From NCBI GenBank assembly GCA_963662465.1, contig OY759599.1, positions 7,840,001-7,904,000 on the forward strand: 64,000 nt of DNA, written 5' to 3'. Position numbers and translations under genes: made by a program. The DNA comes from Desulfatiglandales bacterium. Lineage in GTDB: Bacteria > Desulfobacterota > DSM-4660 > Desulfatiglandales > Desulfatiglandaceae. Positions 39,499 to 49,236 of the stretch are shown here, piece by piece. Under the pieces are notes generated by a model. It had not been told where the DNA came from, did not search any database, and saw nothing but the letters and a program-made list of their open reading frames with translations. Position 1 is the stretch's first letter; the number at the start of each line of letters is the position of its first letter.

Positions 39499-40644
39499 AT
39501 GCTTAAACGACGGTTCCCCATCCAATTTTTCGGCGCTGCTTTATTGGTATGCCTCATGCTGTTGGGTTCAGGATGCCGGCTTTCCTACCTGTTTCACGTC
39601 GCCAAGGGACAAATACAATTGTTGAACGGGGCCATGCCCATATCCGAGGCGCTAAATTCGCAATCCTTTACGCCGGCGCAACGGAAGAACCTCGTGCTTG
39701 TGGCGCAAATCAAGGCATTCGGGGAACAGGCACTGGGGTTAAGGAAAACCACCAATTATGAGACCGTTTACCCCCATTCGGACCAAAATCCCATTTACAT
39801 CGTTTCCGCTTCCGCCAAGGATCATTTTTCGCAAAAAACATGGTGGTTTCCCATTGTGGGGAACATGCCCTATCTGGGGTTTTTTGATTTGGAAAAGGCC
39901 AAAAACGAACGAAAGCTTCTTTTGGGTGAAGATCTGGATGTGTTTGTGGGGAAAGCCGGCGCTTACAGTACACTGGGGTGGTTCCAGGACCCCGTCCCCA
40001 TGAATCTCATCGAGGGGAGTACGCTCCAACTGGTGGAGACCCTGTTTCATGAGATGACCCATGCGACCCTTTACGTCAATGGTCAGGGCGCCTTTAACGA
40101 AGGGCTGGCGGTCCTGGTGGGCAAGGTGGGGGCTTTTCAATTTTTCGAAAAGTTTTTTGGGCTTGACCATCCTTTTACACTTCAGGCTCGGAATGCGTTG
40201 GCCGATGAGCGTCTCTTTTCCCGATTTTTGAACGCTCTGATGCTTGAACTGGAAAGGCTCTACGAACTTGATATGGACTATGGGGAAAAACTGGTGCAAA
40301 GGGAACAGGTTTTTACGGGTTACCGCAATAGATTCCAGGTACTGAAAGCGGAGCTCAAGACTCCCCAATTTGTTCATTTCGGGGAGGCGCCGTTAAACAA
40401 TGCCTACCTGCTGACCGTGGCGTTATACCACCGGCATTTTGAACTCTTTGAGGCGGCCTTGAAGAAAGAGAACGGCTCCATCAGAGAGATGATGCTCTTT
40501 TTTGAGAAATTTTCTCAAAAGGATGGCGATTTTATTGAACGGTTGCGGAACGTGGTTCATGCAGGGCAAATTTGTTCTATTTGTAAACCTTTGATATCAA
40601 AACCTTATGAAGGACACATCAATTCAAACAAATCAATGGATTAG
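39499..40644 (+). CDS. Putative zinc aminopeptidase (DUF2265-like) lipoprotein
   Basis: Lipobox GSGC, WWFPIVG..YLGFF, AYSTLGWFQDP, FHEMTH, FNEGLA; the last ~30 residues look foreign. Confidence 0.85.
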   Translation: MLKRRFPIQFFGAALLVCLMLLGSGCRLSYLFHVAKGQIQLLNGAMPISEALNSQSFTPAQRKNLVLVAQIKAFGEQALGLRKTTNYETVYPHSDQNPIYIVSASAKDHFSQKTWWFPIVGNMPYLGFFDLEKAKNERKLLLGEDLDVFVGKAGAYSTLGWFQDPVPMNLIEGSTLQLVETLFHEMTHATLYVNGQGAFNEGLAVLVGKVGAFQFFEKFFGLDHPFTLQARNALADERLFSRFLNALMLELERLYELDMDYGEKLVQREQVFTGYRNRFQVLKAELKTPQFVHFGEAPLNNAYLLTVALYHRHFELFEAALKKENGSIREMMLFFEKFSQKDGDFIERLRNVVHAGQICSICKPLISKPYEGHINSNKSMD

Positions 40645-40684
40645 CGTTAGAACAAATTCACCGTGGTGGTTCATGGTGCACCGC

Positions 40685-40722
40685 TTGACAATCCGGCATC
40701 AATATGTACAATAATCTGTACA
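40685..40722 (+). promoter_or_regulatory. yefM promoter with paired TGTACA operator hexamers
   Basis: TTGACA (40685), TACAAT (40707), TGTACA at 40705 and 40717. Confidence 0.65.
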
Positions 40723-40736
40723 GGAGGATGAAAAAT

Positions 40737-40848
40737 ATGGAAGCCATTACCTATACGGCGGCAAGGCAAAATCTTGCGAAAACAATGGAAAAAGTTTGCA
40801 AGGACCGTGCGCCGATGATTGTAACGCGAAAATCATCGAATTCCGTGT
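40737..40848 (+). pseudogene. yefM: YefM antitoxin, 5' fragment
   Basis: MEAITYTAARQNLAKTMEKVCKDRAPMIVTRK, then breaks into antisense hicB sequence. Confidence 0.8.
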
Positions 40849-40954
40849 CGGTTTTGCCATCGGCCATGCAGCCGGGAAGTTCAGGGACTTCCTCTAAATA
40901 TACATTGTCCTCAGAACTCCAGAAAATGATTATTTCATACCTCTTATCCATCAT
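40849..40954 (-). pseudogene. hicB: HicB antitoxin, 5' fragment
   Basis: MDKRYEIIIFWSSEDNVYLEEVPELPGCMADGKT. Confidence 0.8.
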
Positions 40955-41007
40955 TCCAAGAGCCCTCCAATGATTCCTGTTCCATCCGCGCGTTCGTCTG
41001 CCGGCGC

Positions 41008-41301
41008 CTATTCTGTATGTAGAGCATCGAGAACAGCGTTGGGATTCCTTGATGCAATGCGCAACAGCGCTTTGGCTGGACCTTCCGGTTTTCTTCTGCC
41101 TTGCTCCCAATTCTGCAAGGTGCGAACACTGACGCCTATCATAAGCGCAAATTCATTTTGTGACACATTGAGCCTCTCTCGTACGGACTTGATTTCAGGA
41201 GGCTTGATTTCATACATTCGGCTTGGCGCCCTGCGCCCCGCCTTGATCTCGCCGGCTTCTTGAATGCTGGCGACCAACTTTTCAAAATGCTCTTTTTTCA
41301 T
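41008..41301 (-). CDS. higA: HigA-type (NadS-like) HTH antitoxin
   Basis: VRERLNVSQNEFALMIGVSVRTLQNWEQGRRKPEGPAKALL. Confidence 0.88.
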   Translation of the reverse strand: MKKEHFEKLVASIQEAGEIKAGRRAPSRMYEIKPPEIKSVRERLNVSQNEFALMIGVSVRTLQNWEQGRRKPEGPAKALLRIASRNPNAVLDALHTE

Positions 41302-41612
41302 GATAACAATTCCTTGACCATTCCACGGAGCAGTTTGATCTGATCCATCGTAAGTTCTTCTTGCTCGTTCTTTCGATATGGAAAAAGCATGTATATGATG
41401 TCCGGAGCGTCCCAATAGTAGATTATCCTCAAAGACCCTCGCTTTCCAGAACCTGGAAGATTCCAACGTACCTTCCGCAAACCTGCTCCACCACGTATCA
41501 AGTTTCCGGCATCCGGACGCAGCATCAATGCTGATTGAAGCATTCGATAGCTGTCATCCGGAACCAGCCGTTGGATTTCTTTTATAAAGGTGGAGGTTTC
41601 AATGAAGATCAT
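41298..41612 (-). CDS. higB: HigB-2/RelE-family toxin
   Basis: FIETSTF, PDAGNLIRGGAGLRKVRW..GKRGSLRIIYY, YRKNEQEELT. Confidence 0.9.
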   Translation of the reverse strand: MIFIETSTFIKEIQRLVPDDSYRMLQSALMLRPDAGNLIRGGAGLRKVRWNLPGSGKRGSLRIIYYWDAPDIIYMLFPYRKNEQEELTMDQIKLLRGMVKELLS

Positions 41613-41694
41613 AACTTATGTTATACGTCAACGGCGGACAATATTTCAAGCAGCGCTTTTTAGCAGCGAACGACAAGGGTAATTTGCGCCCGTT

Positions 41695-42027
41695 TTAGAA
41701 GACCATTGGGACAAACCCATCCTTGATAAAATCGGAGATGATGGTTCCCACAAAGTCAACCTTCACCCCCAAGGCTTCGGTTTTTTCGGTGGCGCCGTCG
41801 CGGTCGGAGATGAACTTGCAGGCGATGGGTTGCTCTTTGGCGCCGATTTCCCCGGCCAGTTTCCCGACTTGCTCGTCTTCCACCAGCAAACGTTGGGCCG
41901 GACCGAAAAAAATGACTTTCACCTGGTCCATCCACCCCTGTTCGAGGGTTTTGTGGGCGTACATCAACCCGGTTAACGCCTTTTCCTTATCCGAAGTGGC
42001 AATCACGACCAACAGCTTTGAACTCAT
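41695..42027 (-). CDS. DsrE-like protein
   Basis: KLLVVI, GLMYA, VKVIFFGP, PIACKF. Confidence 0.75.
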   Translation of the reverse strand: MSSKLLVVIATSDKEKALTGLMYAHKTLEQGWMDQVKVIFFGPAQRLLVEDEQVGKLAGEIGAKEQPIACKFISDRDGATEKTEALGVKVDFVGTIISDFIKDGFVPMVF

Positions 42028-42049
42028 GGTAATCCTCCCTGTCTTTGAC

Positions 42050-42104
42050 TTAAAACTTAAAACCTAAAACTTAAAACCATCCCTGAACGAGGTTTTCGTT
42101 CAGG
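42050..42104. repeat. TTAAAAC heptamer x4 adjacent to a 9-bp stem hairpin
   Basis: ttaaaac ttaaaac ctaaaac ttaaaac; cctgaacga-ggttt-tcgttcagg. Confidence 0.6.
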
Positions 42105-42106
42105 CC

Positions 42107-43036
42107 CTAAATAGCCCCCATTTTCTTCAACTGACTGACAATATCCGCCTCCGCCATGAAGCCCATGTGGTGATGAACTTTTTTGCCTGCCTTGTCGAAA
42201 AAGACCTGCACCGGTACGGCGCGGACGTTGAACCGTTGCGCCAGCATCTGGTTGTCCCTGACCGGGATAGAAACCACATTGATGCTGCCGGCATATTTCT
42301 TTTTGAGTTTTTTAACAATGGGTTTCATCATCTCGCAGGGGCCACACCCCGCTGCGCTGAACTGGACCATGGTGGCTTTCCCCGACAATCGTGCACGGTC
42401 CAGGGGGTTGTCCCTGGCCATTGCCACCTGTTTTTTGACCCAGTCCCCGTTGATTTTCATGTGACTCTTTTGGGCCAGCTCTTGAATATGGGTTTCCAGT
42501 GCCGCCTGTTTTTTTTGCTCCATTAAGAGTTGTTCAATGCTGCCTTTCACCTGATCAAAGGGCATTGTGCCGACCATATCCCGGTTTTCATCGTAAAAGG
42601 TTCTGGCGGCCTTTTCCGTTACCGTTACATCCTTGGTGATGCGATCGATATAGGCTTGAAACATTTTCTCATCGGCGGATTCCGTTGCGATACCCATGGA
42701 CGCTGCATCTTCCTTGATCAGTCTTTGGATAACCTCCTGATCCAACAGAAACAGCATGTTTTTCTCCAGTTGTTTCCGAACTTCAGGGGCCATTTGCGCC
42801 AATATTCCTTTCACAAAGGACTCCTGGATTTTGAAACGGTCGGTCTGAAGGAGCAGACCCTTATCCATCTTGACCAGCCTGGCGGATTTTAGTATCCCAT
42901 CGGCATAGTCGGGATAGGTTTCCGCCAGGGTGGGGGACTCGGCTGTCAGCGCCATGGAAATGGGCGTTGTCGTCCAGAAAATGGCGCCAATTATGAGGAT
43001 GGTAATAATCCATTGCAACCGTTGTTGTTTTTTCAT
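42107..43036 (-). CDS. Exported thioredoxin-domain protein with a SurA-like helical N-terminus
   Basis: Signal peptide, VTVTEKAARTFYDEN, CGPC, VRAVPVQVFFD, HMGF. Confidence 0.8.
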   Translation of the reverse strand: MKKQQRLQWIITILIIGAIFWTTTPISMALTAESPTLAETYPDYADGILKSARLVKMDKGLLLQTDRFKIQESFVKGILAQMAPEVRKQLEKNMLFLLDQEVIQRLIKEDAASMGIATESADEKMFQAYIDRITKDVTVTEKAARTFYDENRDMVGTMPFDQVKGSIEQLLMEQKKQAALETHIQELAQKSHMKINGDWVKKQVAMARDNPLDRARLSGKATMVQFSAAGCGPCEMMKPIVKKLKKKYAGSINVVSIPVRDNQMLAQRFNVRAVPVQVFFDKAGKKVHHHMGFMAEADIVSQLKKMGAI

Positions 43037-43262
43037 CGTTTTTTTGCTCCTCTTAAAATTATATATTCATATCTGGTAATATAGTTTTTATGCCCGGATT
43101 GTCAACCTGTTTTTGCCGAATCGAGAACCCGATACCATTTGACAGTATAAGGCAATAAGGGTACAAGTCAATCTTCTTGTCGGTTGAAAAAGGCTGGGGA
43201 ATCATCAGCACCTGTTCAAGGGTGTTTTCTTTAAAGTTCAATGAGATATATGGGGTTTTGAT

Positions 43263-46121
43263 GTGAAGATAAAAATATGGATCGGTTGCGCGCTTCTGTT
43301 CGTTCTGTTGGCTTTTTCCCTGGTGTCTATCTATCCGGATTGGCTTTGGTTTGAAAATTTAGGCTTTTCATCGGTTTTTCGGACCATGATGATTGCCCGA
43401 TTCGGGTTTGGCGCGGCCGTCTGGATTTTTCTGATCCTGATTATTACCGTTAATCTCCATGTGGCCAGGCGTCTGAGTCCGGCTCCCGGTTCCGGAAGCC
43501 CTTTTAAAGAGGGCGCCGGTTATGCGGCCCAGATGGGCGTTTCCATTAAAACCTTGAATGTCCTCTTTCTGGCCCTGATCCTCATTGCCAGCTTTGTGCT
43601 GGCCTCCAAGGGTTCCCTGAAATGGGATCTGGTTCTGCGCTATCTCTACCAGGAGCCCTTTGGGGGAAATGACCCCATCTTTGGGCGGGATATGGGGTTT
43701 TATGTTTTTGTCCTGCCATTCTATGCGTTTATCCGGAACGGATTGCTGGTGCTTTTTCTGTTTGCCGCCGGGTTGACCCTGATCTGGTATTTGAAAAACG
43801 GGGCGCTGCAACTGGTGGGTGAAATTACCCAGGAGGAAGGAAAACCCCCATCGCTTCCCAAAATCTCAGTGGCGCCCGGGGTGGGCAGACACCTGGCGTT
43901 TCTGGCCGGCATTATGGTGTTGTTGCTGAGCTGGGGTTACCGGCTGAAGATTTATGGTCTGTTGTATTCAACCCAGGGACCCGCATTCGGCGCCAGTTAC
44001 ACGGATGTGCATGTGAAGGTGTTGGCGTATAAAGCTTTGATTGTCATATCCATCGCCTTTGCCGCCCTTCTTTTTTTCAATGCCTTCAAACCCGGAATGA
44101 AACGGCTTTTGATTGGGGGAGGGGTTTGGGTGGCTTCCATACTGGTGTTGACCGGCATTCTGCCCATGACCATTCAGAAGGTGGTGGTGAAACCCAATGA
44201 GTTCTCAAAGGAATCTCAATATATTTCCCACAATATCGCTTTCACCCGAGAGGCCTACAACCTGAACAAGATCAAGGAGGTCAGCTTCGAGGTCAATGAC
44301 AATTTGAGCCTGGAAGAGGTGAAGCAACAGCGGGTCACCATGCAGAATATCCGAATCTGGGATGAACGGCCGTTGCTCAAGACCTACCAGCAGATTCAAT
44401 CCATAAGACTTTACTATGACTTCAACAATGTGGATGTGGATCGCTACATGATCGAGGGACAGTACCGCCAGCTCATGCTGGCGGCAAGGGAACTGGTGGT
44501 GAAAAAGCTTCCGGCCCAGGCCAATACCTGGGTCAACCGTCATCTGACCTACACCCACGGTTACGGTTTGGCCGCAAGTCCGGTCAATGAAGTCACCCGT
44601 GAAGGGCTGCCAAGGCTTTTTATCAAGGACCTGCCCCCCGTCAGTGAGGCGGGACTGCAAAAAATAGACCGGCCCGAGATCTATTACGGCGAGATGACGG
44701 ACCAGTATGTGCTGGTTAAGACCACCAGCAAGGAGTTCGATTTTCCAAAAGGCGATAAAAACGTTTATTCCGTGTATCAGGGCAAGGGGGGGGTGCCCGT
44801 CAACTCGTTCATCCGGCGGTTCCTCTACGCCGTCAGTTTCCGGGATCCCCAGATATTCTTCACCAACTATCTGACGCCTGAAAGTCGCATCATGTACAAC
44901 CGCCGCATCAAGCGTCGGGTCAAAGCCATTGCGCCGTTTCTCTCCTATGACAGGGATCCCTATATGGTGCTTTCCGAAGGGAAACTCTACTGGATACTCG
45001 ATGCATACACCACGTCGGACATGTACCCCTACTCTACCCGAAGCTACAGCCCCTTTGACCGGAACATCCTTAACTATGTCCGGAATTCCGTTAAGGTGGT
45101 CATTGACGCCTATAATGGGGATGTCGGTTTTTATCGTCTGGACGAACAGGATCCCATTGCCCGGGCCTACAGCCGAATTTTCCCCGACCTTTTCAAACTC
45201 TTTGGCGACATGCCGGGAGATTTGAAACGCCATATTCGTTACCCCAAGGATTTGTTTCATATCCAGGCGGCCACTTATACGCGGTATCATATGGAAGATG
45301 TTCAGGTTTTTTACAATCAGGAAGATTTATGGCAGCTTCCCGATGAAATGTACGGCGACAGCCGACAGAAACTGGAGCCCTATTATATTATCATTAAATT
45401 GCCCGAAGGGGAGAAAGAGGAATTTCTCCTGATGCTCCCCTTTACCCCTTCCAAAAAGGACAACATGATCGGATGGTTGGCGGCCAGAAGCGATCTGCCC
45501 GAATACGGACGTCTGATTGTTTACAAGCTGCCCAAGGAAAAGCTGGTCTACGGACCCATGCAGATTGAGGCCAGGGTGGACCAGCAGACCGATATCTCCA
45601 GTGAGTTGAGCCTGTGGGATCAAAAGGGGTCGCGTGTTATTCGCGGGAACCTTCTGGCCATCCCCGTGTGCGATGCTTTTGTGTACGTGGAACCCATCTA
45701 CCTGGAGGCCAAGCAGGAAGATGTGCCCAGACCCTCTTCAGGTGAGCAACCCTCGGGGGGACTTCAGAAACTCAGGTCAAAACTGGGGTCGGCGTCATCG
45801 GGAGATGATCCTTCCCGGGCCGCCTCCCTGCCCGAGTTGAAACGGGTGATTGTGGCTGTCGGCAACCGGGTAGCTATGGAACGGACCCTTGACCTGGCTT
45901 TGAGCCGTGTGCTTGGAAAAGGGATTTCGTCCGGGAAGACCGATGTGCCGGCCGCTACAAAGATTCTTGAAAGTTCGAATCTCGGAGCCCTGGCCCTTGA
46001 CTATTATAACCAGGCAAAGGCCAGTTTGCGTGAAGGCGATTGGGCCGGTTATGGGGAAAAACTTGAAAAACTTGAGGAAGTTCTGGAAAAAATTGCCGGG
46101 AAGAGAGATGGGGAAAAATAA
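43263..46121 (+). CDS. UPF0182-family membrane protein
   Basis: DWLWFENLGF, DPIFGRDMGFYVF, NIRIWD, LTYTHGYG, NYVRNSVK, FYNQEDLW, GPMQIEA. Confidence 0.93.
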   Translation: MKIKIWIGCALLFVLLAFSLVSIYPDWLWFENLGFSSVFRTMMIARFGFGAAVWIFLILIITVNLHVARRLSPAPGSGSPFKEGAGYAAQMGVSIKTLNVLFLALILIASFVLASKGSLKWDLVLRYLYQEPFGGNDPIFGRDMGFYVFVLPFYAFIRNGLLVLFLFAAGLTLIWYLKNGALQLVGEITQEEGKPPSLPKISVAPGVGRHLAFLAGIMVLLLSWGYRLKIYGLLYSTQGPAFGASYTDVHVKVLAYKALIVISIAFAALLFFNAFKPGMKRLLIGGGVWVASILVLTGILPMTIQKVVVKPNEFSKESQYISHNIAFTREAYNLNKIKEVSFEVNDNLSLEEVKQQRVTMQNIRIWDERPLLKTYQQIQSIRLYYDFNNVDVDRYMIEGQYRQLMLAARELVVKKLPAQANTWVNRHLTYTHGYGLAASPVNEVTREGLPRLFIKDLPPVSEAGLQKIDRPEIYYGEMTDQYVLVKTTSKEFDFPKGDKNVYSVYQGKGGVPVNSFIRRFLYAVSFRDPQIFFTNYLTPESRIMYNRRIKRRVKAIAPFLSYDRDPYMVLSEGKLYWILDAYTTSDMYPYSTRSYSPFDRNILNYVRNSVKVVIDAYNGDVGFYRLDEQDPIARAYSRIFPDLFKLFGDMPGDLKRHIRYPKDLFHIQAATYTRYHMEDVQVFYNQEDLWQLPDEMYGDSRQKLEPYYIIIKLPEGEKEEFLLMLPFTPSKKDNMIGWLAARSDLPEYGRLIVYKLPKEKLVYGPMQIEARVDQQTDISSELSLWDQKGSRVIRGNLLAIPVCDAFVYVEPIYLEAKQEDVPRPSSGEQPSGGLQKLRSKLGSASSGDDPSRAASLPELKRVIVAVGNRVAMERTLDLALSRVLGKGISSGKTDVPAATKILESSNLGALALDYYNQAKASLREGDWAGYGEKLEKLEEVLEKIAGKRDGEK

Positions 46122-46378
46122 TGGCGCCCGATGAATTTGGGAGAGATCCGGCCGTTCAAATGATGCGGCGGGTGTTTAAACGGATGGAAGCGGTGCAGGA
46201 GCGATTGATTGCGCAGGCCGGGCTTTCCCGCTTCGATGAAAGGCTCAGAAACGTGCGCACCTCGGCATTAACGGCTTTTGAGCAGGCCTGGGGCGAGAGG
46301 GCCGGGCGGGGTGAAGCTTTGACTGAAGCGGATTATGCAAAGGTTTACGAGGCTTGCTTTCTTAACATGCTGGGATAG
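46121..46378 (+). CDS. Hypothetical protein
   Basis: Start overlaps the UPF0182 stop; plausible helical sequence. Confidence 0.55.
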   Translation: MAPDEFGRDPAVQMMRRVFKRMEAVQERLIAQAGLSRFDERLRNVRTSALTAFEQAWGERAGRGEALTEADYAKVYEACFLNMLG

Positions 46379-46392
46379 GAGGAGCGTTTCAC

Positions 46393-46728
46393 ATGGTCAC
46401 CCTTCGTCTTTTCGGACGTTGCAGAATTTATCATGATCCCGTGAGTCCGGTGTTGAAAGCGCCGGCCCAAATCGGTTGGGATGCCTGGTTCAGGAATATC
46501 GATCTGGTGACCCCCCGTCGTCTGAAGGGCAGGGAACTGCTTATGCGGACCCGCGGCTGGTGGACCCGAGAACCTGCTGAAATTGCTGATATTGTGGGGC
46601 AGTATGGAAAGTTGGTGGTGGGTCCTAAGGGGGAGTTGATGGTGGAGATGACTGATGAGGCGACCGCAAAGGCCCTTTCGGAAGCATTGCAGGTTGCCTT
46701 TGGCGACCAGGTTTTCTTGAGTCCCTAG
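46393..46728 (+). CDS. Hypothetical protein
   Basis: Strong RBS aggagga; operonic position. Confidence 0.65.
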   Translation: MVTLRLFGRCRIYHDPVSPVLKAPAQIGWDAWFRNIDLVTPRRLKGRELLMRTRGWWTREPAEIADIVGQYGKLVVGPKGELMVEMTDEATAKALSEALQVAFGDQVFLSP

Positions 46729-46756
46729 CGCCTTTTGTATTGATGGATATGCGAAT

Positions 46757-46803
46757 GAACGTCCAACATTGAACATCGAAGGGATGTTAAAGGTTGGACG
46801 TTC
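46757..46803. repeat. REP-like inverted repeat between converging genes
   Basis: gaacgtccaac...gttggacgttc with internal attgaac/atcgaag heptamers. Confidence 0.6.
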
Positions 46804-46811
46804 GCAGTCTT

Positions 46812-47309
46812 CTATTCGTCCGCCACACTCGCCTTGATGATGGTGATGGTTTCAAGGGGAACATCCGCATGGGGGCCTTTGTTGCCGGTGGCAACGCCTT
46901 TCATTTTATTGATGACCCCATGTCCCTTGGCGACCTTTCCGAACACAGCGTATCCCCACCCCTGGGCGGTTTTGGCCGTATGATTCAGAAAATCGTTCTT
47001 TTTGACATTGATAAAGAACTGGTTTGTGGCGCTGTTGGGATCCGGTGTACGGGCCATGGCAACGGTATAGGCGTCGTTTTTCAGCATGTTGTCCGCTTCA
47101 TTGACAATGGGGCTTTTCGTGGGTTTCTGTTCCATGTCTTCCGTGAAGCCGCCTCCCTGGATCATAAAACCGTCGATGACCCGGTGAAAGATGGTGCCGT
47201 CATAATGACCGTCATTGACATAGGCCAGAAAGTTTTCCGTTGACTTTGGGGCTTTTTCTTCGTCAAGCTCCAGAAAAATGTCGCCCATACTGGTCTCTAA
47301 TTTTACCAT
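46812..47309 (-). CDS. ppiB: Cyclophilin-type peptidyl-prolyl isomerase
   Basis: YDGTIFHRVIDGFMIQGGG, AMART..NSATNQFFIN, WGYAVFGKV. Confidence 0.95.
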   Translation of the reverse strand: MVKLETSMGDIFLELDEEKAPKSTENFLAYVNDGHYDGTIFHRVIDGFMIQGGGFTEDMEQKPTKSPIVNEADNMLKNDAYTVAMARTPDPNSATNQFFINVKKNDFLNHTAKTAQGWGYAVFGKVAKGHGVINKMKGVATGNKGPHADVPLETITIIKASVADE

Positions 47310-47491
47310 GTTGTTTGAATCCTTTCCCGGCGGGCGGTTGCCCGCGCTTTGAAATGGGCTGGAATATTAGGGGAAACAGCCCGAAAAAATGGTTTTGATG
47401 CGTGAAAACGCATCGCCGTTAAATTCAAAAAAAGTAATCATGATCTTTTAAAATGCAAATTCACCCGTCAGGTTTTTACAGGAGATCCAAA

Positions 47492-47690
47492 ATGCATGAG
47501 TTGACCGGAGGACAGAAAGCCCGTTGCGGTCAGGGAATTCAAGGCCATCACCGACGCCCTTTCCATCAAAGGGGAGTACCGTCTCAATGGAAAAACGGGG
47601 ATGGCCCTTGAACGCTGCCTGCTCAATCTGAGTCCGGAAATATATGGTTCCATGAATGATCCCAGGGTTGTGGAACTCAACCAAAGATCC
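47492..47690 (+). pseudogene. 5' fragment of a DUF6909-like protein, frameshifted
   Basis: MHELTGGQKAR (shift) VAVREFKAITDAL...LSPEIYGSMNDPRVVELN. Confidence 0.4.
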
Positions 47691-47808
47691 TGGGTCCCGG
47701 ATCCTGATCATTTATTTTTTTCAATGAATTGATCAAATTTTTTGAGTATTGACAAGATATAATAATCGGATTATTAGCCGACTTATTCTCTGATATTGGA
47801 GGACCCAT

Positions 47809-48081
47809 GTGATGCGAGCCACAGGTTACCTATCGGCAACGGCGCTCTCAAAAAAAACGTCCGCCACATTGGCGGCATTGGAGAAAGGGGAAGCTGAAAG
47901 GCTGATTATTCTGAAGAACAATACGCCTAAAGCCGTCTTACTTTCCATTGAGCATTATGAAGACATGCAGGAAGAGATGGAAGATCTCCGCTTATCGGCG
48001 CTGGCGTTTGCCCGGCTGGAAACCCTGGAGGAAAAGAAAGTCCTGTCCCATGCATATATTCAGGGAAAGTTCGGCAAATGA
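47809..48081 (+). CDS. Phd/YefM-family antitoxin
   Basis: LIILKNNTPKAVLLSIEHYE; TTGACA and palindrome aataatcggattatt upstream. Confidence 0.85.
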   Translation: MMRATGYLSATALSKKTSATLAALEKGEAERLIILKNNTPKAVLLSIEHYEDMQEEMEDLRLSALAFARLETLEEKKVLSHAYIQGKFGK

Positions 48082-48150
48082 CGTGGCGAATCCTATACCA
48101 TCATTTGGTTGAGGAGGATTTGGAAAGCATCGGACCATCCGCCGCGCCGT
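48078..48150 (+). pseudogene. RelE/ParE toxin, 5' fragment
   Basis: ATGA overlap; MTWRILYHHLVEEDLESIGPSAA, then homology breaks. Confidence 0.65.
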
Positions 48151-48245
48151 TTACCCTGGATCACGGGAAATCGGGGGACGTTATTATTCTTGACGGGTCG
48201 GAATTGAATGTTTAAACGTCAAGGGGTCGTCGAGAGGAGGTTGCC

Positions 48246-48497
48246 ATGGCTGAAGCCATCTTGGATATCAAGCAGTGGGGAAACAATTTGGGTGTTCGCC
48301 TGCCTGCCGCAGTGGTGCGTGCAGCGTATTTATATGTCGACCAACGTGTTCGCATATCAGTTGAAGATGGGGACATTGTGATTCGGCCTGTAGAGGATGC
48401 TGAACCGAGACTGGAACAACGCCTGGCTCGGTTTGACCCGGCCCGGCATGGCGGCGAGGTTATGCAGGGTCAGGTTGCTGGGGCTGAGGTGTGGTAA
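48246..48497 (+). CDS. mazE: MazE/AbrB antitoxin, copy 1; toxin reduced to a few 5' codons
   Basis: KQWGNNLGVRLP...LEQRLARFDPARHGGEVM; overlapping VVTTGKKAKGSRPWV, then a break. Confidence 0.85.
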   Translation: MAEAILDIKQWGNNLGVRLPAAVVRAAYLYVDQRVRISVEDGDIVIRPVEDAEPRLEQRLARFDPARHGGEVMQGQVAGAEVW

Positions 48498-48558
48498 CGA
48501 CAGGCAAAAAAGCCAAAGGCAGTCGCCCGTGGGTGCTGGCTCGCCTACTATGTTGATT

Positions 48559-48753
48559 ATGCCAAGAAAGATTAAACAACTGATAAAAGAGCTTGAAAAA
48601 GCGGGTTTTGTTAACCGGGGCGGTAAGGGGAACCATCCCAATTTTATTCATCCCAAAGGGGTTGCAATGACAATTTCTGGAAATCTTGGGGATGATGCGA
48701 AACGTTATCAAGTAAAAGAAGTTGGAATTAAAATAAAGAGGTCCAAAAGATGA
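48559..48753 (+). CDS. hicA: HicA toxin
   Basis: MPRKIKQLIKELEKAGF..RGGKGNH..F.HP...DAKRYQ. Confidence 0.88.
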   Translation: MPRKIKQLIKELEKAGFVNRGGKGNHPNFIHPKGVAMTISGNLGDDAKRYQVKEVGIKIKRSKR

Positions 48754-49148
48754 AAAAGAAAGACCATTATCTAAAAATTGTTGAATGGTCGGATGAAGAT
48801 CAATGCTATATTGGTTCAATCCCCGGATGGATCGGTAAATGCTGTCATGGCGATAACGAAGAGGATGTTTATCGCCAATTATGTCAAATCCTTGAAGAAT
48901 GGATTGAAATTTACGGAGAGGATGAGATGCCATTGCCACGGAGTATTTCAGGGAAAAAATATTCTGGTAAATTCCAATTGCGAGTTGATAGCGATTTACA
49001 TAAGGCGCTTGCTATTAGAGCGATGCAAGAAAATGTAAGCTTAAATAGTTTTTGTGAAAAATTACTAAAGAATATGATTTTGAATTCGGATATATTCAGA
49101 ACTAACCATACTAATTCAGCCGACGCGAAAAGCCGCGCGGCTGATTAG
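48750..49148 (+). CDS. hicB: HicB antitoxin; stop codon lies inside attC
   Basis: YLKIVEWSDEDQCYIG..CCHG, YSGKFQLRV..LHKALA..SLN. Confidence 0.9.
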   Translation: MKKKDHYLKIVEWSDEDQCYIGSIPGWIGKCCHGDNEEDVYRQLCQILEEWIEIYGEDEMPLPRSISGKKYSGKFQLRVDSDLHKALAIRAMQENVSLNSFCEKLLKNMILNSDIFRTNHTNSADAKSRAAD

Positions 49149-49159
49149 CGTCGTTGGAC
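49100..49159 (+). mobile_element. Integron attC recombination site (60 bp)
   Basis: R'' AACTAAC, L'' TAATTCAG, stem CCG(A)CGCG/CGCGCGG, L' CTGATTA, R' GTTGGAC; two extrahelical bases. Confidence 0.85.
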
Positions 49160-49207
49160 GGAACAGAATCAAAGCTTGTGGCTTTATGGTTGGCATATTC
49201 CAGGTTT

Positions 49208-49236
49208 TTGACAATTAAGAAAGTTTCAGATATTCT
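49208..49236 (+). promoter_or_regulatory. Sigma70-type promoter upstream of the Nif11 precursor
   Basis: TTGACA-17 nt-TATTCT. Confidence 0.55.

Noticed and set aside
44205..45290. 361-aa minus-strand ORF
   Set aside because: Antisense to UPF0182; no independent motifs.
49190..49210. Sigma54 promoter (TGGCA) for the Nif11 gene
   Set aside because: No TTGC element at the -12 position.
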